Part shown: piece after piece, positions 26,862 through 37,211 of the stretch | How the letters are laid out: every line of letters begins with the position of its first letter | Position numbering within the stretch: the first letter of the stretch is position 1 | The notes under the pieces: generated by a model | Database searches by the model: none | What the model was told of the DNA's origin: nothing | Seen by the model: the letters and a program-made list of their open reading frames with translations, nothing else | From: an uncultured archaeon | GTDB lineage: Archaea > Asgardarchaeota > Lokiarchaeia > Sigyniarchaeales > SOKP01 | Assembly: GCA_964508365.1 (NCBI GenBank) | Contig: CAZDTP010000014.1 | Location: 8,190 to 72,189 of the forward strand | Length of the DNA: 64,000 bases | Reading direction: 5' to 3' | Program-made: the position numbers and the translations under genes

Positions 26862-29800
26862 TTGGTAAGTAAATTGCCTAGTCCAAAAAAAACCAAGAAA
26901 AAAACGCCTATTGATGAAAAGCAAAGCTCTCTTTCTTCATTCGTAGAAAAAAAAGAAACTAAGAAGGAAGAAGAAAGCAGTAGGATATTAAAAGAAGAAA
27001 TAAAGGAACCGATAGACCAATTAAAAACCCAAATACCCCCTAAAACAAAGGATATAGACGAAAAAATAAAAGCAAAAGAAAAACCGGCGTTAAAAAAAGT
27101 TACAAAGAAGGTTTATTTCAAGAGTAATGGTACACCCTTTGGCTTAAAAGAAGATGGTATACAACTGCGAGATATTAAAAGAGAATCTGTAAGTTCGAAA
27201 TATATTCGCTATCTAATTGAAAGGGGAGAAATCGTAGAAGATTTGGAAAGAGGTTTGCTTTTAGATGTAGATTATGATGGTGGATTAAATAAAGCTTATT
27301 GTAAATTTTACGATTTGGATACCAACGATATAAAAATATGGATTGATACAACCGACCACGAGCCTTATTGTTTGAGTAAAGAACCAATTTCAATACTTGA
27401 ACAGCTAACTTATAAAGATCAAGGGGGGAAGATAAATAAGCTTGTAAATTACGAGGGTTTTAAACGATTCGAAGAAATTAAGAAGTTTGATTTGCTTAGC
27501 GATAAAGAAATACCTATAACGAAGATATATGGAAAAACTCCTATAGATATAGGAGGATCTGGACTGAATATTAAAAATATCCTAGCTGAAAACGAGAAAA
27601 AAGCGTGGGAAGCAGATATTCGATACCATTTAAATTACATTTTAGATCGACAGTTAATCCCGGGACTCATTTATCGAATTAATAGTGGTAAACTTAAAAA
27701 AATTGATTTTAAAGAAAGTTCTGAAGAAACTAAGAAGTTAACAAACGAACTAAGAACTCTGTTTAAAGATGAAAAGCCAGAAATGCAAGAATTTTCTGAG
27801 AAGTTCATAGATATTTTCCTTACACCCATTCCTGATGTGAAACGTTTAGCGATGGATATCGAAGTAAAAATAGGAGAACAGGATTATAGTATTCCCGATG
27901 CTCACCTTGCAAAACAAGAAATTATTTCCATATCATTTGTAGCTTCAGACGGTTTAAAATTGGTGTATATTTTAGAGCGCGAAGAATTTACTTTTGATAA
28001 ACTCCATGCAGAATTCCCAAATGACGCAAAACTCTACTTCTTTAAATCTGAAAAGGAATTATTAATTGAATCCTTTAGAATTTTATGGGAATACCCTGTG
28101 ATTATTACATTTAATGGAGACAATTTTGATTTAAATTATATGTTTCACAGAGCAGAAAGATTGAAAATAGACAAAGATTTGAATCCAATACATGTAAAAA
28201 GGGGTTTTGGAATAATGGCGAAGTCAGAATGCGATTTAAGGAAAGGAATCCATATAGATATTTTTAACTTTTTCTTTAATCGAAGTATTTCAGGATACGC
28301 ATTTGGTGGATCCTATCAAAATGCTTCCTTAAATGCTATCAGCGAAGCGTTATTAGGTGAAAAAAAATACGAGCACGAAGAAGACATTCACGATATGGAA
28401 TACGATGTTCTTTCTTGGTATAATCTTAAAGATTCAATATTAACTTTAGATTTAACTAAATTCAATAATTCCTTAGTATGGAATTTGATCATACTACTAT
28501 GCAGGATAACAAAATTGCCGATTCACGATATGATACGCAGGCAAATTTCGACATGGATACAAAATATCTTCTACTTCGAGCATCGTAGAAAAGAAATTCT
28601 CATTCCGAGAAAATCCGAAATATCAGAGGCTAAGAAAGGCGGAGAATTAATGTCAAAATTTGACGATAAGAAATTTCAAGGTGCTTATGTTGTTGAACCT
28701 GTTCCTGGAATTCATTACAATGTAGTTGTTATGGATTTTTCTTCCTTATATCCTTCTATCATAAAAGAATTTAATTTATCTTATGAAACTGTTCTCTGTC
28801 CTCACAAAGATGACGAAGATAACCTAATAAAAGGAACTCCGTATCATATCTGTACTCATAAAATGGGGATCTTTGCTTATGTGGTTGGTTTTTTCCGGGA
28901 TACAAGAGTAAAATACTTTAAACCGAAATCAAGCGATAAAACTCTAACTCAAAAACAGAGAAGCTATTATAATACTATCCAACAAGCGCTTAAAGTGTTC
29001 ATTAACGCAAGTTATGGTGTATTTGGATCTCAAAATTTCCCCCTGTTTTGTTTACCTGTCGCAGAAAGTACAACAGGAATTGGTCAATACTCTATAAAAC
29101 AGACGATACTGAAAGCAGAAGAACTTGGAGTTAAAGTGCTTTATGGGGATACAGATAGCGTTTTTCTTCTCAATCCATCTAGTTCTCAGATGAAAGAAAT
29201 ATCAGATTGGAGCAAAAAAGAACTAGATTTAGATTTAGAAGAAGAAAAAACGTACCAATTCTTAGCTCTTTCACAAAGAAAAAAAAATTATATAGGAATA
29301 TACAAAGATACTAAATTTGTTGATATTAAAGGATTGGTAGTAAAAAAGAAAAATACACCAGATTTTATTAAAAAAGTTTTCAGTCAACTGATAGAAATTC
29401 TTAAAAAAATTACTAACGATGAAGAGTTTAAATTAGCGAAGAAGAATATTATAGAAATTGTGAAAAGTAATATGAAAAAAATAGGACAAGCTGACGCTTT
29501 CACATTAGAAGATTACGCCATAAATATCGGTTTACAAAAAAGCCTTAGCAACTATACAAAAGTTATACCTCAGCATGTTAGAGCTGCTAACGCATTCATA
29601 GAGATGGAACTCAACCAAGCACAAGCTAACGCAAGCGATGCTGAAATTCATGCAGCTGAAATTCATGCAATTAAAAACAAGTATCAAAAAGGAGATACAA
29701 TAAAATTCATAAAAAGCAAAGGATCCGTTGGAGCAAAAGTTATTGAGATGGCAAAACTTCAAGATATAGATTCCCAAAAGTATCGTGAGCTTTTAAAATC

Positions 29801-29882
29801 AGCATTAGAGCAAGTTTTAGACGCTCTTGATATATCATTCGAAGAAATTAAGGGTATTAAGAAAATGGATGCTTTTTTTTAA
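26862..29882 (+). CDS. polB1: Family B DNA polymerase, PolB1 (Dpo1-like), intact exonuclease and polymerase motifs
   Basis: LLDVDYDG..KAYCKFYD N-terminus, MDIEV, FNGDNFD, YNLKDS, DFSSLYPSII, KVFINASYG, YGDTDS. Confidence 0.9.
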   Translation: MVSKLPSPKKTKKKTPIDEKQSSLSSFVEKKETKKEEESSRILKEEIKEPIDQLKTQIPPKTKDIDEKIKAKEKPALKKVTKKVYFKSNGTPFGLKEDGIQLRDIKRESVSSKYIRYLIERGEIVEDLERGLLLDVDYDGGLNKAYCKFYDLDTNDIKIWIDTTDHEPYCLSKEPISILEQLTYKDQGGKINKLVNYEGFKRFEEIKKFDLLSDKEIPITKIYGKTPIDIGGSGLNIKNILAENEKKAWEADIRYHLNYILDRQLIPGLIYRINSGKLKKIDFKESSEETKKLTNELRTLFKDEKPEMQEFSEKFIDIFLTPIPDVKRLAMDIEVKIGEQDYSIPDAHLAKQEIISISFVASDGLKLVYILEREEFTFDKLHAEFPNDAKLYFFKSEKELLIESFRILWEYPVIITFNGDNFDLNYMFHRAERLKIDKDLNPIHVKRGFGIMAKSECDLRKGIHIDIFNFFFNRSISGYAFGGSYQNASLNAISEALLGEKKYEHEEDIHDMEYDVLSWYNLKDSILTLDLTKFNNSLVWNLIILLCRITKLPIHDMIRRQISTWIQNIFYFEHRRKEILIPRKSEISEAKKGGELMSKFDDKKFQGAYVVEPVPGIHYNVVVMDFSSLYPSIIKEFNLSYETVLCPHKDDEDNLIKGTPYHICTHKMGIFAYVVGFFRDTRVKYFKPKSSDKTLTQKQRSYYNTIQQALKVFINASYGVFGSQNFPLFCLPVAESTTGIGQYSIKQTILKAEELGVKVLYGDTDSVFLLNPSSSQMKEISDWSKKELDLDLEEEKTYQFLALSQRKKNYIGIYKDTKFVDIKGLVVKKKNTPDFIKKVFSQLIEILKKITNDEEFKLAKKNIIEIVKSNMKKIGQADAFTLEDYAINIGLQKSLSNYTKVIPQHVRAANAFIEMELNQAQANASDAEIHAAEIHAIKNKYQKGDTIKFIKSKGSVGAKVIEMAKLQDIDSQKYRELLKSALEQVLDALDISFEEIKGIKKMDAFF
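29640..29669 (+). repeat. Perfect 15-nt tandem duplication in polB1 (AEIHA x2)
   Basis: GCTGAAATTCATGCA repeated twice. Confidence 0.9.
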
Positions 29883-29958
29883 ATAACTCAATTCGAGTTA
29901 ATTTCTGCTTAATGAATCTTTATAAATATTCAAGTTCAATAGATTTGATAGTACGCCC

Positions 29959-31041
29959 TTATAGAATAATGTAAAATACGGTCATAATTAAACCGCATAA
30001 GATTGGATTCAAAATATTGTCATCAATCTTTAAACTTAACAAATCAATTAGTAAAAATACTAGAGCGCCACTTAGTGACATTATAATAATTTTAAAGGGA
30101 TTTAAATATGATTCAAAGAGCCATAATGCAAATAAACTTGCTCCAAATGAAGCTAAAAATCCTGAGATATATCCAACTATCGTTTTACTACTTGTTTTCG
30201 GAAAATGGTGTCGTCCAAAACTAACTCCCATAATAGAAGCTACACCATCGCCAATACTTGTTATTAGCGCTGCCGCAGTAAAAATTCCAAAAGGAAGGAA
30301 TAGTATTGGGACCAGTGAGAGGACCAATACTACATTTTTGGTGAATTCGTAGTTTTCATTCCTTTTAAGAGTTTTAATTAATAAATTTGATAGACAATCG
30401 GGTAGAAGATGATATAAATTTGAATTTTCGAAAATAAAAGATAAACGAACGAAATCTAAACCTGCAAATAATATCACTCCCGTATATCCAATTGTTAAGA
30501 TCAAAAACATTCCATATTCATATCCTGATATACCATATATTTCGTCAGCATTCCACAATCCATCCCATATATCTATAGCGAAAATCCGTAATATTATTAT
30601 AATTAAACCGGGGAGTAAATGAAAGATTTTCCTATGAAAATCAGTCCTTAACGAGTAGGATTTGTTATTTATTTGATTTCTATTCACCAGATTGTATTTT
30701 TCAAGGAATTTTTCAATAGTTCGGTTTTCTCTGAGCTCTGGTTTATCCTTTAAAACCACTTTATATTGGTATAATAAAATTAAGAACACTAATAACGGTG
30801 CGAAAATGCATATAATAGACATCGAAAAAGATTGGTGAAATTGGACGAATTTATTATCCAAAAGATAAAAATAAGGATATAAAACACCTGATATTATCCA
30901 TAATAAAAAAATTATAAACGAATTGATGAAAATATGGTCCTTTGGGAACTCCTTTTTCAATTTAATCGCAAAAAATAACTGACCAAATCCTATCGCAATA
31001 AATAATATCGTAATAGGTAAAGTAATTAAATTGAAAACCAT
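29959..31041 (-). CDS. CTP-dependent dolichol/phytol/diacylglycerol kinase or cytidylyltransferase family membrane protein
   Basis: RKIFHLL, IGDGVASIMGVSFGRH..KTIVGY, IDDNILNP. Confidence 0.75.
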   Translation of the reverse strand: MVFNLITLPITILFIAIGFGQLFFAIKLKKEFPKDHIFINSFIIFLLWIISGVLYPYFYLLDNKFVQFHQSFSMSIICIFAPLLVFLILLYQYKVVLKDKPELRENRTIEKFLEKYNLVNRNQINNKSYSLRTDFHRKIFHLLPGLIIIILRIFAIDIWDGLWNADEIYGISGYEYGMFLILTIGYTGVILFAGLDFVRLSFIFENSNLYHLLPDCLSNLLIKTLKRNENYEFTKNVVLVLSLVPILFLPFGIFTAAALITSIGDGVASIMGVSFGRHHFPKTSSKTIVGYISGFLASFGASLFALWLFESYLNPFKIIIMSLSGALVFLLIDLLSLKIDDNILNPILCGLIMTVFYIIL

Positions 31042-31091
31042 ATTCTAATTAAATTTCAATATAAAAAATAATTTGTGAAATTGTATTAAGC

Positions 31092-31364
31092 TTAATTTTT
31101 TATCTCGACAAACATTAAAGCCATGTTTTTAGGGAATAACCCCACTCTATCACCATCTCTAACTTCCTTACCGATTCCACAGTATTTACCATTTATAAAA
31201 ATGTGACTAAGTTCATTTTCATTAATTCCATACTTCTCAAGGATATCATATATATAATGAACGCTATTACTGTCAATACTATAGGTAGCAGGGAGCCCCT
31301 TTTCAAAGTTAAGATCCTTTAGATGCTCTCTTAATCTTCCATATAACTTAATTAGTAATGGCAT
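31092..31364 (-). CDS. MoaD/ThiS-like beta-grasp protein without C-terminal Gly-Gly
   Basis: IKLYGRLR..IFING..VRDGDRVGLFP, then ends KNMALMFVEIKN. Confidence 0.7.
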   Translation of the reverse strand: MPLLIKLYGRLREHLKDLNFEKGLPATYSIDSNSVHYIYDILEKYGINENELSHIFINGKYCGIGKEVRDGDRVGLFPKNMALMFVEIKN

Positions 31365-31466
31365 CTCTAAAACACATTCATTAAATCAACAAGAAAAATA
31401 AAATAAAAACATCGGGTTTAATTTAATATTAAAAGAAAATAATAAAATATAATTATAAAATAATAT

Positions 31467-31754
31467 TTAAAGTCCAAATAATAAGACTCCATCTAAAAAT
31501 TCGTGAACTTTTTTCAAATTTTCTTCGCCGAGGGCTTTGTCCACTTGGATTTTCACATCTAAAATAGTGCTTACTACTTGAACTATTCCATTCTGAATCG
31601 TGCTATTAAATTGTGATTTTTTTTGATTTTTCTTTTTAAAATATTCTATGCGCTCCATCATTGCGTTTTGATATTCTTCAGCCGTGGATGTTTTGAGTTC
31701 TACGAGCTTTCGCAACTTCAATCCATCTTTGGTCTCGATTACTTCATCCACCAT
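31467..31754 (-). CDS. Hypothetical protein (95 aa) abutting the tes-like gene
   Basis: ATG immediately follows the radical SAM stop codon (0-nt gap). Confidence 0.7.
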   Translation of the reverse strand: MVDEVIETKDGLKLRKLVELKTSTAEEYQNAMMERIEYFKKKNQKKSQFNSTIQNGIVQVVSTILDVKIQVDKALGEENLKKVHEFLDGVLLFGL

Positions 31755-33497
31755 TCATTCTTCACCTAACTCCGTTTTTCTCATTCCTCCGTTCTGAGCG
31801 ACTTCCTGTTGAATCTCTTCTCGCGTTTGACCCCTTGTAGTGTCGAACTCTTCTCTGATTTTTTGCGTAATTTTTTTAGCTACTTGTTTCTCGATACTCT
31901 CACGATGGATCGTGTTCATTGTGCAAAAACTTATCTCCTTAACAGAGCCATCGGGCATTGCTACGCCGAAATGAACGATACACCTTTTAACGCGCTCTAT
32001 ATCCAAGTTATATGCGTCTTGAAAGTGCATACTCGATAAAAGTAACGTACCGTGAGTGAATGAACTAATACTTTCCCAATCACCATTCAGTAATAATCTA
32101 CTAAACATTTCCATGAGTTTTCCAGGTTTCTTGGTATATTGTATTATCCCTAATAAGAATCGGGCTCGAAGTTGTGTTTTATCTAAAAATTCAAGACCAC
32201 TATCTAAAGTTTTACCTATGTCGCCTAACATTCCTTCAAAGAATTTAATTGGTTGTTTTTCTTTATGTTTCACTTTTTCCCAAAATCGGTTGGCAAAATC
32301 GATGACTTTCAGAGGATCGAAGTAATCCATAATAGGAACCATTTCTTTCGTGTCGGGATCTACAACCAAATAAGTCGCAAAACCACAGTCAGGCGAGCAT
32401 GTAAATTCAATGGATTCTACATTAGCGAGATAAGATATTAGTCTCCCAAATTCAACGATGGTTGATAAAGGATACCATGCTTCGTCCATTCTAATTTTAC
32501 CGCCAGTCTGATTTTCGATTTCCTGAATCACATCAGCGTTAGTAATTCGTAATTCGTTCATCTCTTCAGCTGCAATACGACCGCATAAGGACACAGGTTG
32601 GAAGGTAATCCCTCTTACAACATCAATATTATCAAGAGCAAACTGGATGATATTTCCAACTTCAATATCTGTAATCCCTTTGACAATAGTAGCTACTAAA
32701 TTAATGGATGATAATCCCACTTTTCTACAGTTTTCTACAACGCGCATCTTATATGGCATTAAATTCTTAATGCCTCGTGTCTTCTCGTAAGTTGCATTAT
32801 TTATCCCATCAAACTGTAAATATAAAGTATCTAACCCCATTTCATATACTTTCTCAGTCCACTCAAGTCCACCGTCTTTTTTCTGGAATCCATACCCGTT
32901 TGTAGCGACTATTACTTCTTTAAATCCATTATCTTTTGCCATTTTACAAATTTCAGGGAAATCCTTTCGAACTGTTGGTTCACCACCAGTAAACATAATA
33001 GCAACCGCAGGAATTGGTTTGCTTCTGAAGTGCTTCATTATTCTATCGATTTCTTCTAACGAAGGTTCAACTAAATATCCCGATTTTTGGACATTCGCAT
33101 AACAGAAATTGCAATTAAAATTACAACGATTTGTTAAATCTATTAATGCCAAACTACAAGTTGATAAATGTTCACTACAAAGGCCACAATTATAGGGGCA
33201 CCCTCTTTCGTCGTCTGCAGCACAGTCGGGAGGATTCGCTTCTCCATCTTTTTCGAATTGCCAAGCGATTGTGCCATCTTTATTTTTCATCTGGAAATGA
33301 GTCCATTTATAGTATTTCGCGTTGGAACTAATAATATCCTTAAAATCGCCGTGTTCGGGGCAATTTTTAACCATGAATATTTTTCCATCCTCTTCTTGAA
33401 CAACAGCGGGTATTCGTTCTAAGCATTCTGGACAGACCGATGCGGTCTTTCTATAGTATTTTTCGTCTAAAACATCTGTTCCATCTAAATGATACAT
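31755..33497 (-). CDS. tes: Radical SAM protein, tetraether lipid synthase (Tes/GDGT-MAS, MJ0619-like)
   Basis: KTASVCPEC..CPEHG, GCPYNCGLCSEH, DLTNRCNFNCNFC (CxxxCxxC), FTCSPDCG, RCIVHFG..FCTMN. Confidence 0.8.
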   Translation of the reverse strand: MYHLDGTDVLDEKYYRKTASVCPECLERIPAVVQEEDGKIFMVKNCPEHGDFKDIISSNAKYYKWTHFQMKNKDGTIAWQFEKDGEANPPDCAADDERGCPYNCGLCSEHLSTCSLALIDLTNRCNFNCNFCYANVQKSGYLVEPSLEEIDRIMKHFRSKPIPAVAIMFTGGEPTVRKDFPEICKMAKDNGFKEVIVATNGYGFQKKDGGLEWTEKVYEMGLDTLYLQFDGINNATYEKTRGIKNLMPYKMRVVENCRKVGLSSINLVATIVKGITDIEVGNIIQFALDNIDVVRGITFQPVSLCGRIAAEEMNELRITNADVIQEIENQTGGKIRMDEAWYPLSTIVEFGRLISYLANVESIEFTCSPDCGFATYLVVDPDTKEMVPIMDYFDPLKVIDFANRFWEKVKHKEKQPIKFFEGMLGDIGKTLDSGLEFLDKTQLRARFLLGIIQYTKKPGKLMEMFSRLLLNGDWESISSFTHGTLLLSSMHFQDAYNLDIERVKRCIVHFGVAMPDGSVKEISFCTMNTIHRESIEKQVAKKITQKIREEFDTTRGQTREEIQQEVAQNGGMRKTELGEE

Positions 33498-33771
33498 ATT
33501 TAAGTTTACACCTTTATGTAAAATATTGATTTTAAGTTTAATTAAACAAAAATAGGTTTTAAGCTATTTAAATATAATCAGATATCTATTATTATTAATA
33601 ATATTAAAGTTAGTAATAAGTTTTACATACTAAGATCGTAGCCCCTTCAGCTATTTTATTAGATATATTTAAAAATAAAATAATTATTCAAAGTTTAAAC
33701 GTTTTAGTAGTACTGTTATACTTATTTTGTATCTTTTTAACAGCGTATATTTTTCCCTCTGTTATTAGATA

Positions 33772-34839
33772 TTAAAATTCACTATTTCTTCTTTTAGCTT
33801 CAAGTATTGCTACTCCCATATCAAACACTCTGTTAAATGGTTCCTCACCATCTTCTCTTAGTTTCAAGCTAATTGCTTCTTCTTGACAAACACTGGCACA
33901 TAAACCGCATCCAAGGCATAAATCCCGATTCACTATTGCAATATCTTCTATAGTTATAGCTTTAACCGGACACCTTTCAAGGCAATTTCCGCAAGCAATA
34001 CATGCTTCTTCATCGATAATTGATTCAAACACCGCATTCATGAATTTTTGCTTATCTTGTCCAAATTGAGTTATACCTTTCATGGAGGCACAACAACAAG
34101 GGCAACAATTACAGATATTAGAGAGGTGTTTTGAATTTGCTCCAGCATGAACTAAACCAGATTCATCTGCTTCTTTAATGATTTGAATTGCTTCTTCAGC
34201 TGTTATTTTTCTTCCTATATTGTTTTCTATATAATATTCAGCAGCAGTTCCAAAGCTTAAGCAAGTTTCCATAGGGTGATCACATCCTTCACCTAATAAC
34301 TGCGATTCTTTTCTACAAATGCAGTCAGTTACAGCAATAACCCGCGCATTTCTTATTGATTCTTTAAGCATTAGATACGGAAAAAGCGTGGTATCAGTTT
34401 TAATAGTCTCTTCTAAGGGAATCACTTTAAAGCCAGGAATATTACTAGCACCTATCTCTTCAAGGCCCGCTGTATAGTAATATTCTTTAAAAAGTTGAGC
34501 TAGTTCTTTATCAATTTTTTTGATAGAGTATTCATACAAGCCTATCATAAAAGGAGCAGCATTAAAGAGAGTTTTTTCATCTCGCCGTGATCGAAAAATA
34601 AGTCCTTTCTTTGCCATTACTTCAAGCTTGTCTTCTATTTCAACTAAAGCTTTACCTACTCTTTTTGCAATACTATGAGCTCCTTCGGGTCTTATAGTTA
34701 GGAATGTAGCCAATTCAGCTTCTTCTTCAGTAAAAAGACGCCTTAAGATTTCAATTTCAACTCCAGATTGCGTTTTACGAAAACCTATTGGAAATTGATC
34801 AAGGAACTTTCTTAATTTCTCATACGAATTTACAGTCAT
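33772..34839 (-). CDS. 4Fe-4S dicluster-binding protein (third paralog)
   Basis: DCICR, CNCCPCCC, CIACGNCLERCP, CLGCGLCASVC. Confidence 0.85.
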   Translation of the reverse strand: MTVNSYEKLRKFLDQFPIGFRKTQSGVEIEILRRLFTEEEAELATFLTIRPEGAHSIAKRVGKALVEIEDKLEVMAKKGLIFRSRRDEKTLFNAAPFMIGLYEYSIKKIDKELAQLFKEYYYTAGLEEIGASNIPGFKVIPLEETIKTDTTLFPYLMLKESIRNARVIAVTDCICRKESQLLGEGCDHPMETCLSFGTAAEYYIENNIGRKITAEEAIQIIKEADESGLVHAGANSKHLSNICNCCPCCCASMKGITQFGQDKQKFMNAVFESIIDEEACIACGNCLERCPVKAITIEDIAIVNRDLCLGCGLCASVCQEEAISLKLREDGEEPFNRVFDMGVAILEAKRRNSEF

Positions 34840-34899
34840 AGCACTAAAACTATTGTTTTCTTCTATTATCTAATATTTATTATAATTTAAAAATAAAGG

Positions 34900-36291
34900 T
34901 TAGGTAAATTTCTCTGTTAACGAGTTTGTGAGTTCACTTAATTTTTTAGAAATTCTAACTTTAAATACGTGATTCTCATCCAATTCTTTAAATTTATTTG
35001 GCAATTTTTCAATATTTTCTTTATAATATTGTTGAATATTATTCAGTTCAGGTAATTCTGTTATTAGAATTCCTTCTTTCATCACAGGAATAAGAAGTGC
35101 TTCTGAATTTGGAGGTGCTGGTTCATTATCTAACATTAATATATCTTCTTTAAACCCTCCTTGCTTATTATAAATTCTGTAGATTTGCTTTTTACTAGGG
35201 TAAGTTAATTTGTCTTCACTTATTTTAATTTTAGGTTTATGGTTATATTCTATCAGCTTATAAACGCCCGCTATGGTTGGATCGTCGCGAGAAGTAGCTA
35301 ATTCTGTTCCAACTCCAAAAGCATCTATGGGGGCGTTACTCTCTAAGATTTTTTTAATTTTATATTCGTTCAGATCTGAGCTCGCAACGATTAGCACTTT
35401 TTCACATCCATTTTCATCTAAAATTTTTCTCACTTTTTTGGCGTGCTCAATAAGATTACCTGAGTCAATTCTTACAGCTTTAATCGAGTTTTTAAACTTA
35501 GAAATCTTTTTAGCTGCTTGTTCTGTATCGTAGGTATCAATTAAGAGGATGGTATTATCTCCGTAAATATTCTTATAAACATCGAAACTCTCCAGTTCAT
35601 TATCAAATCTTTGGATGAAACTATGAGCCATTGTCCCGCTTGAATTAATACCTAGTTCAATATCAGCGATTACATTACTAGTGCCGTTAAAACCAGCAAT
35701 ATAACTAGCTCTAGCAGCGTAAACGCCAGCAAGGGGACTGTGCGATCTTCGCGTACCAAACTCTAACAATGTCTTATCTTGGGCTACGTTTCTTATTCGA
35801 GAAGCTTTCGACGCAACAAGAGTCTGATAATTAACAACATTTAAAATATAAGTTTCAACTAATTGTGCGTGGAACATCGGGCCCTGAATCTTCATAATAG
35901 GCTCGTTAGGAAAGAAGAAATTACCTTCCCTCATTGCCCACACATCTAATTTAATTTTAAAATTAGGTAAATAATCGTCAAAAAAACTAGAATCGATTTT
36001 TTTGAAAACTTCTTTTTTTCTTAGAAAATGTATCGTTTTTTCAGTAAATCTTGCATTCTGAAGATAATGAATCACCTGCTCTAAACCAGCAAAAATTAAG
36101 TAATTACGATTTTTTGGATATTTCCTAATAAAAAGATCAAAAACAGCAATATCATCCTCTTCTTTAATATTATTATCGAGATTATATTGATAATAAGCTG
36201 CGCCCATTGTTAGTTCGTAAAAATCGATGCTTAAGATTAAATTTTGGTCGTTGATGAATCCTGATTTTGAATTTTTCATTATTATCATCAA
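34900..36291 (-). CDS. pncB: Nicotinate phosphoribosyltransferase
   Basis: DFYELTM, EFGTRRSH, GTMAHSFIQ, LIDTYD, VRIDSG, DAFGVGT. Confidence 0.92.
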   Translation of the reverse strand: MMIIMKNSKSGFINDQNLILSIDFYELTMGAAYYQYNLDNNIKEEDDIAVFDLFIRKYPKNRNYLIFAGLEQVIHYLQNARFTEKTIHFLRKKEVFKKIDSSFFDDYLPNFKIKLDVWAMREGNFFFPNEPIMKIQGPMFHAQLVETYILNVVNYQTLVASKASRIRNVAQDKTLLEFGTRRSHSPLAGVYAARASYIAGFNGTSNVIADIELGINSSGTMAHSFIQRFDNELESFDVYKNIYGDNTILLIDTYDTEQAAKKISKFKNSIKAVRIDSGNLIEHAKKVRKILDENGCEKVLIVASSDLNEYKIKKILESNAPIDAFGVGTELATSRDDPTIAGVYKLIEYNHKPKIKISEDKLTYPSKKQIYRIYNKQGGFKEDILMLDNEPAPPNSEALLIPVMKEGILITELPELNNIQQYYKENIEKLPNKFKELDENHVFKVRISKKLSELTNSLTEKFT

Positions 36292-36293
36292 TT

Positions 36294-37211
36294 TTATTTC
36301 TTTTTTAACCCAGTAACTCTCTTTAACATAAATCCTAAAAATCTATCCTTATTTACTCCGCCATTAAAGGTAATTTTATCTCCTAATTTAAAGTTGTCGC
36401 TCGTATAAAGTTTTTCACTTACTCTTATTTTTATCTCATCCACAGTTTCTATATCATCTTTTCGATAATCACTTTTCTTTTTCAATTGAGGTCCAAATTC
36501 AATATCCTTTACAGTTATCAGATAATAGGTAGTTAAATTCCCTTGGAAGTCATCTTCTTTTTCTGCTATATCTGTGATTTCGGCTTCATAGATTGTAATC
36601 CTATTATGTTTCGCTAAAAGAGAACTTGGGGTACCCTCGTTATATAATTTACCATCCTTAATCAATATCTTTTCGACTTTCTTTTCAAAATCTTTTGGTA
36701 AGGCAGTAAATTTCCAATCTGATAATTTAAAGTAATTATTCTTTAAGGAATAAATAAATCCGATCCAAAAATGATTGCATAACCCCATATTTGAGCCTAT
36801 TCTACAATCGCAATCACGTTCAGGATCGTTCATGTTTTGTGTAGTTATCGATAAATATGAACTTACTTCCCAATTAAAACCTTTGAATTTTAACTCAATC
36901 TCATGGTCCTTATCATTAATAACCTTTATTTCAGTAATAGATTCTCGGTCTTCGCCGTTTATTTTTGCAATTGCGGTCTGGATTTCTTTCGAAATAATTT
37001 CTACTTCCTTTTGTTTTAACAATTCTTTCAGTTCTTCCTCAGCCAAAGAATCTAGTATATAATCGATTAATTCTAATTTTTTAAATTTTGAAAATCCTTT
37101 AATACCAATATCTCTACAGATGCTTTTTAAACCATCGGCATTTAAAGATTGGAGTAAATATTTCAAATATGTCTTATCGTCTAGTTTTTTGCTCAAATTT
37201 TTCACTCTCAA
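36294..37211 (-). CDS. Hypothetical protein: Rho-N/HeH-like N-terminus, SWIM zinc finger, OB-like C-terminus
   Basis: LNADGLKSICRDIGIKGFSKFKKLELIDYIL; CDCRIGSNMGLCNHFW (CxC..CxH). Confidence 0.65.
   Translation of the reverse strand: MRVKNLSKKLDDKTYLKYLLQSLNADGLKSICRDIGIKGFSKFKKLELIDYILDSLAEEELKELLKQKEVEIISKEIQTAIAKINGEDRESITEIKVINDKDHEIELKFKGFNWEVSSYLSITTQNMNDPERDCDCRIGSNMGLCNHFWIGFIYSLKNNYFKLSDWKFTALPKDFEKKVEKILIKDGKLYNEGTPSSLLAKHNRITIYEAEITDIAEKEDDFQGNLTTYYLITVKDIEFGPQLKKKSDYRKDDIETVDEIKIRVSEKLYTSDNFKLGDKITFNGGVNKDRFLGFMLKRVTGLKKK

Noticed and set aside
29590-29680. Hidden in-frame intron in the PolB1 insertion
   Set aside because: AGCTGC/GCAGCT can pair, but no 3-nt bulge/4-bp helix geometry forms; tandem duplication is sufficient.
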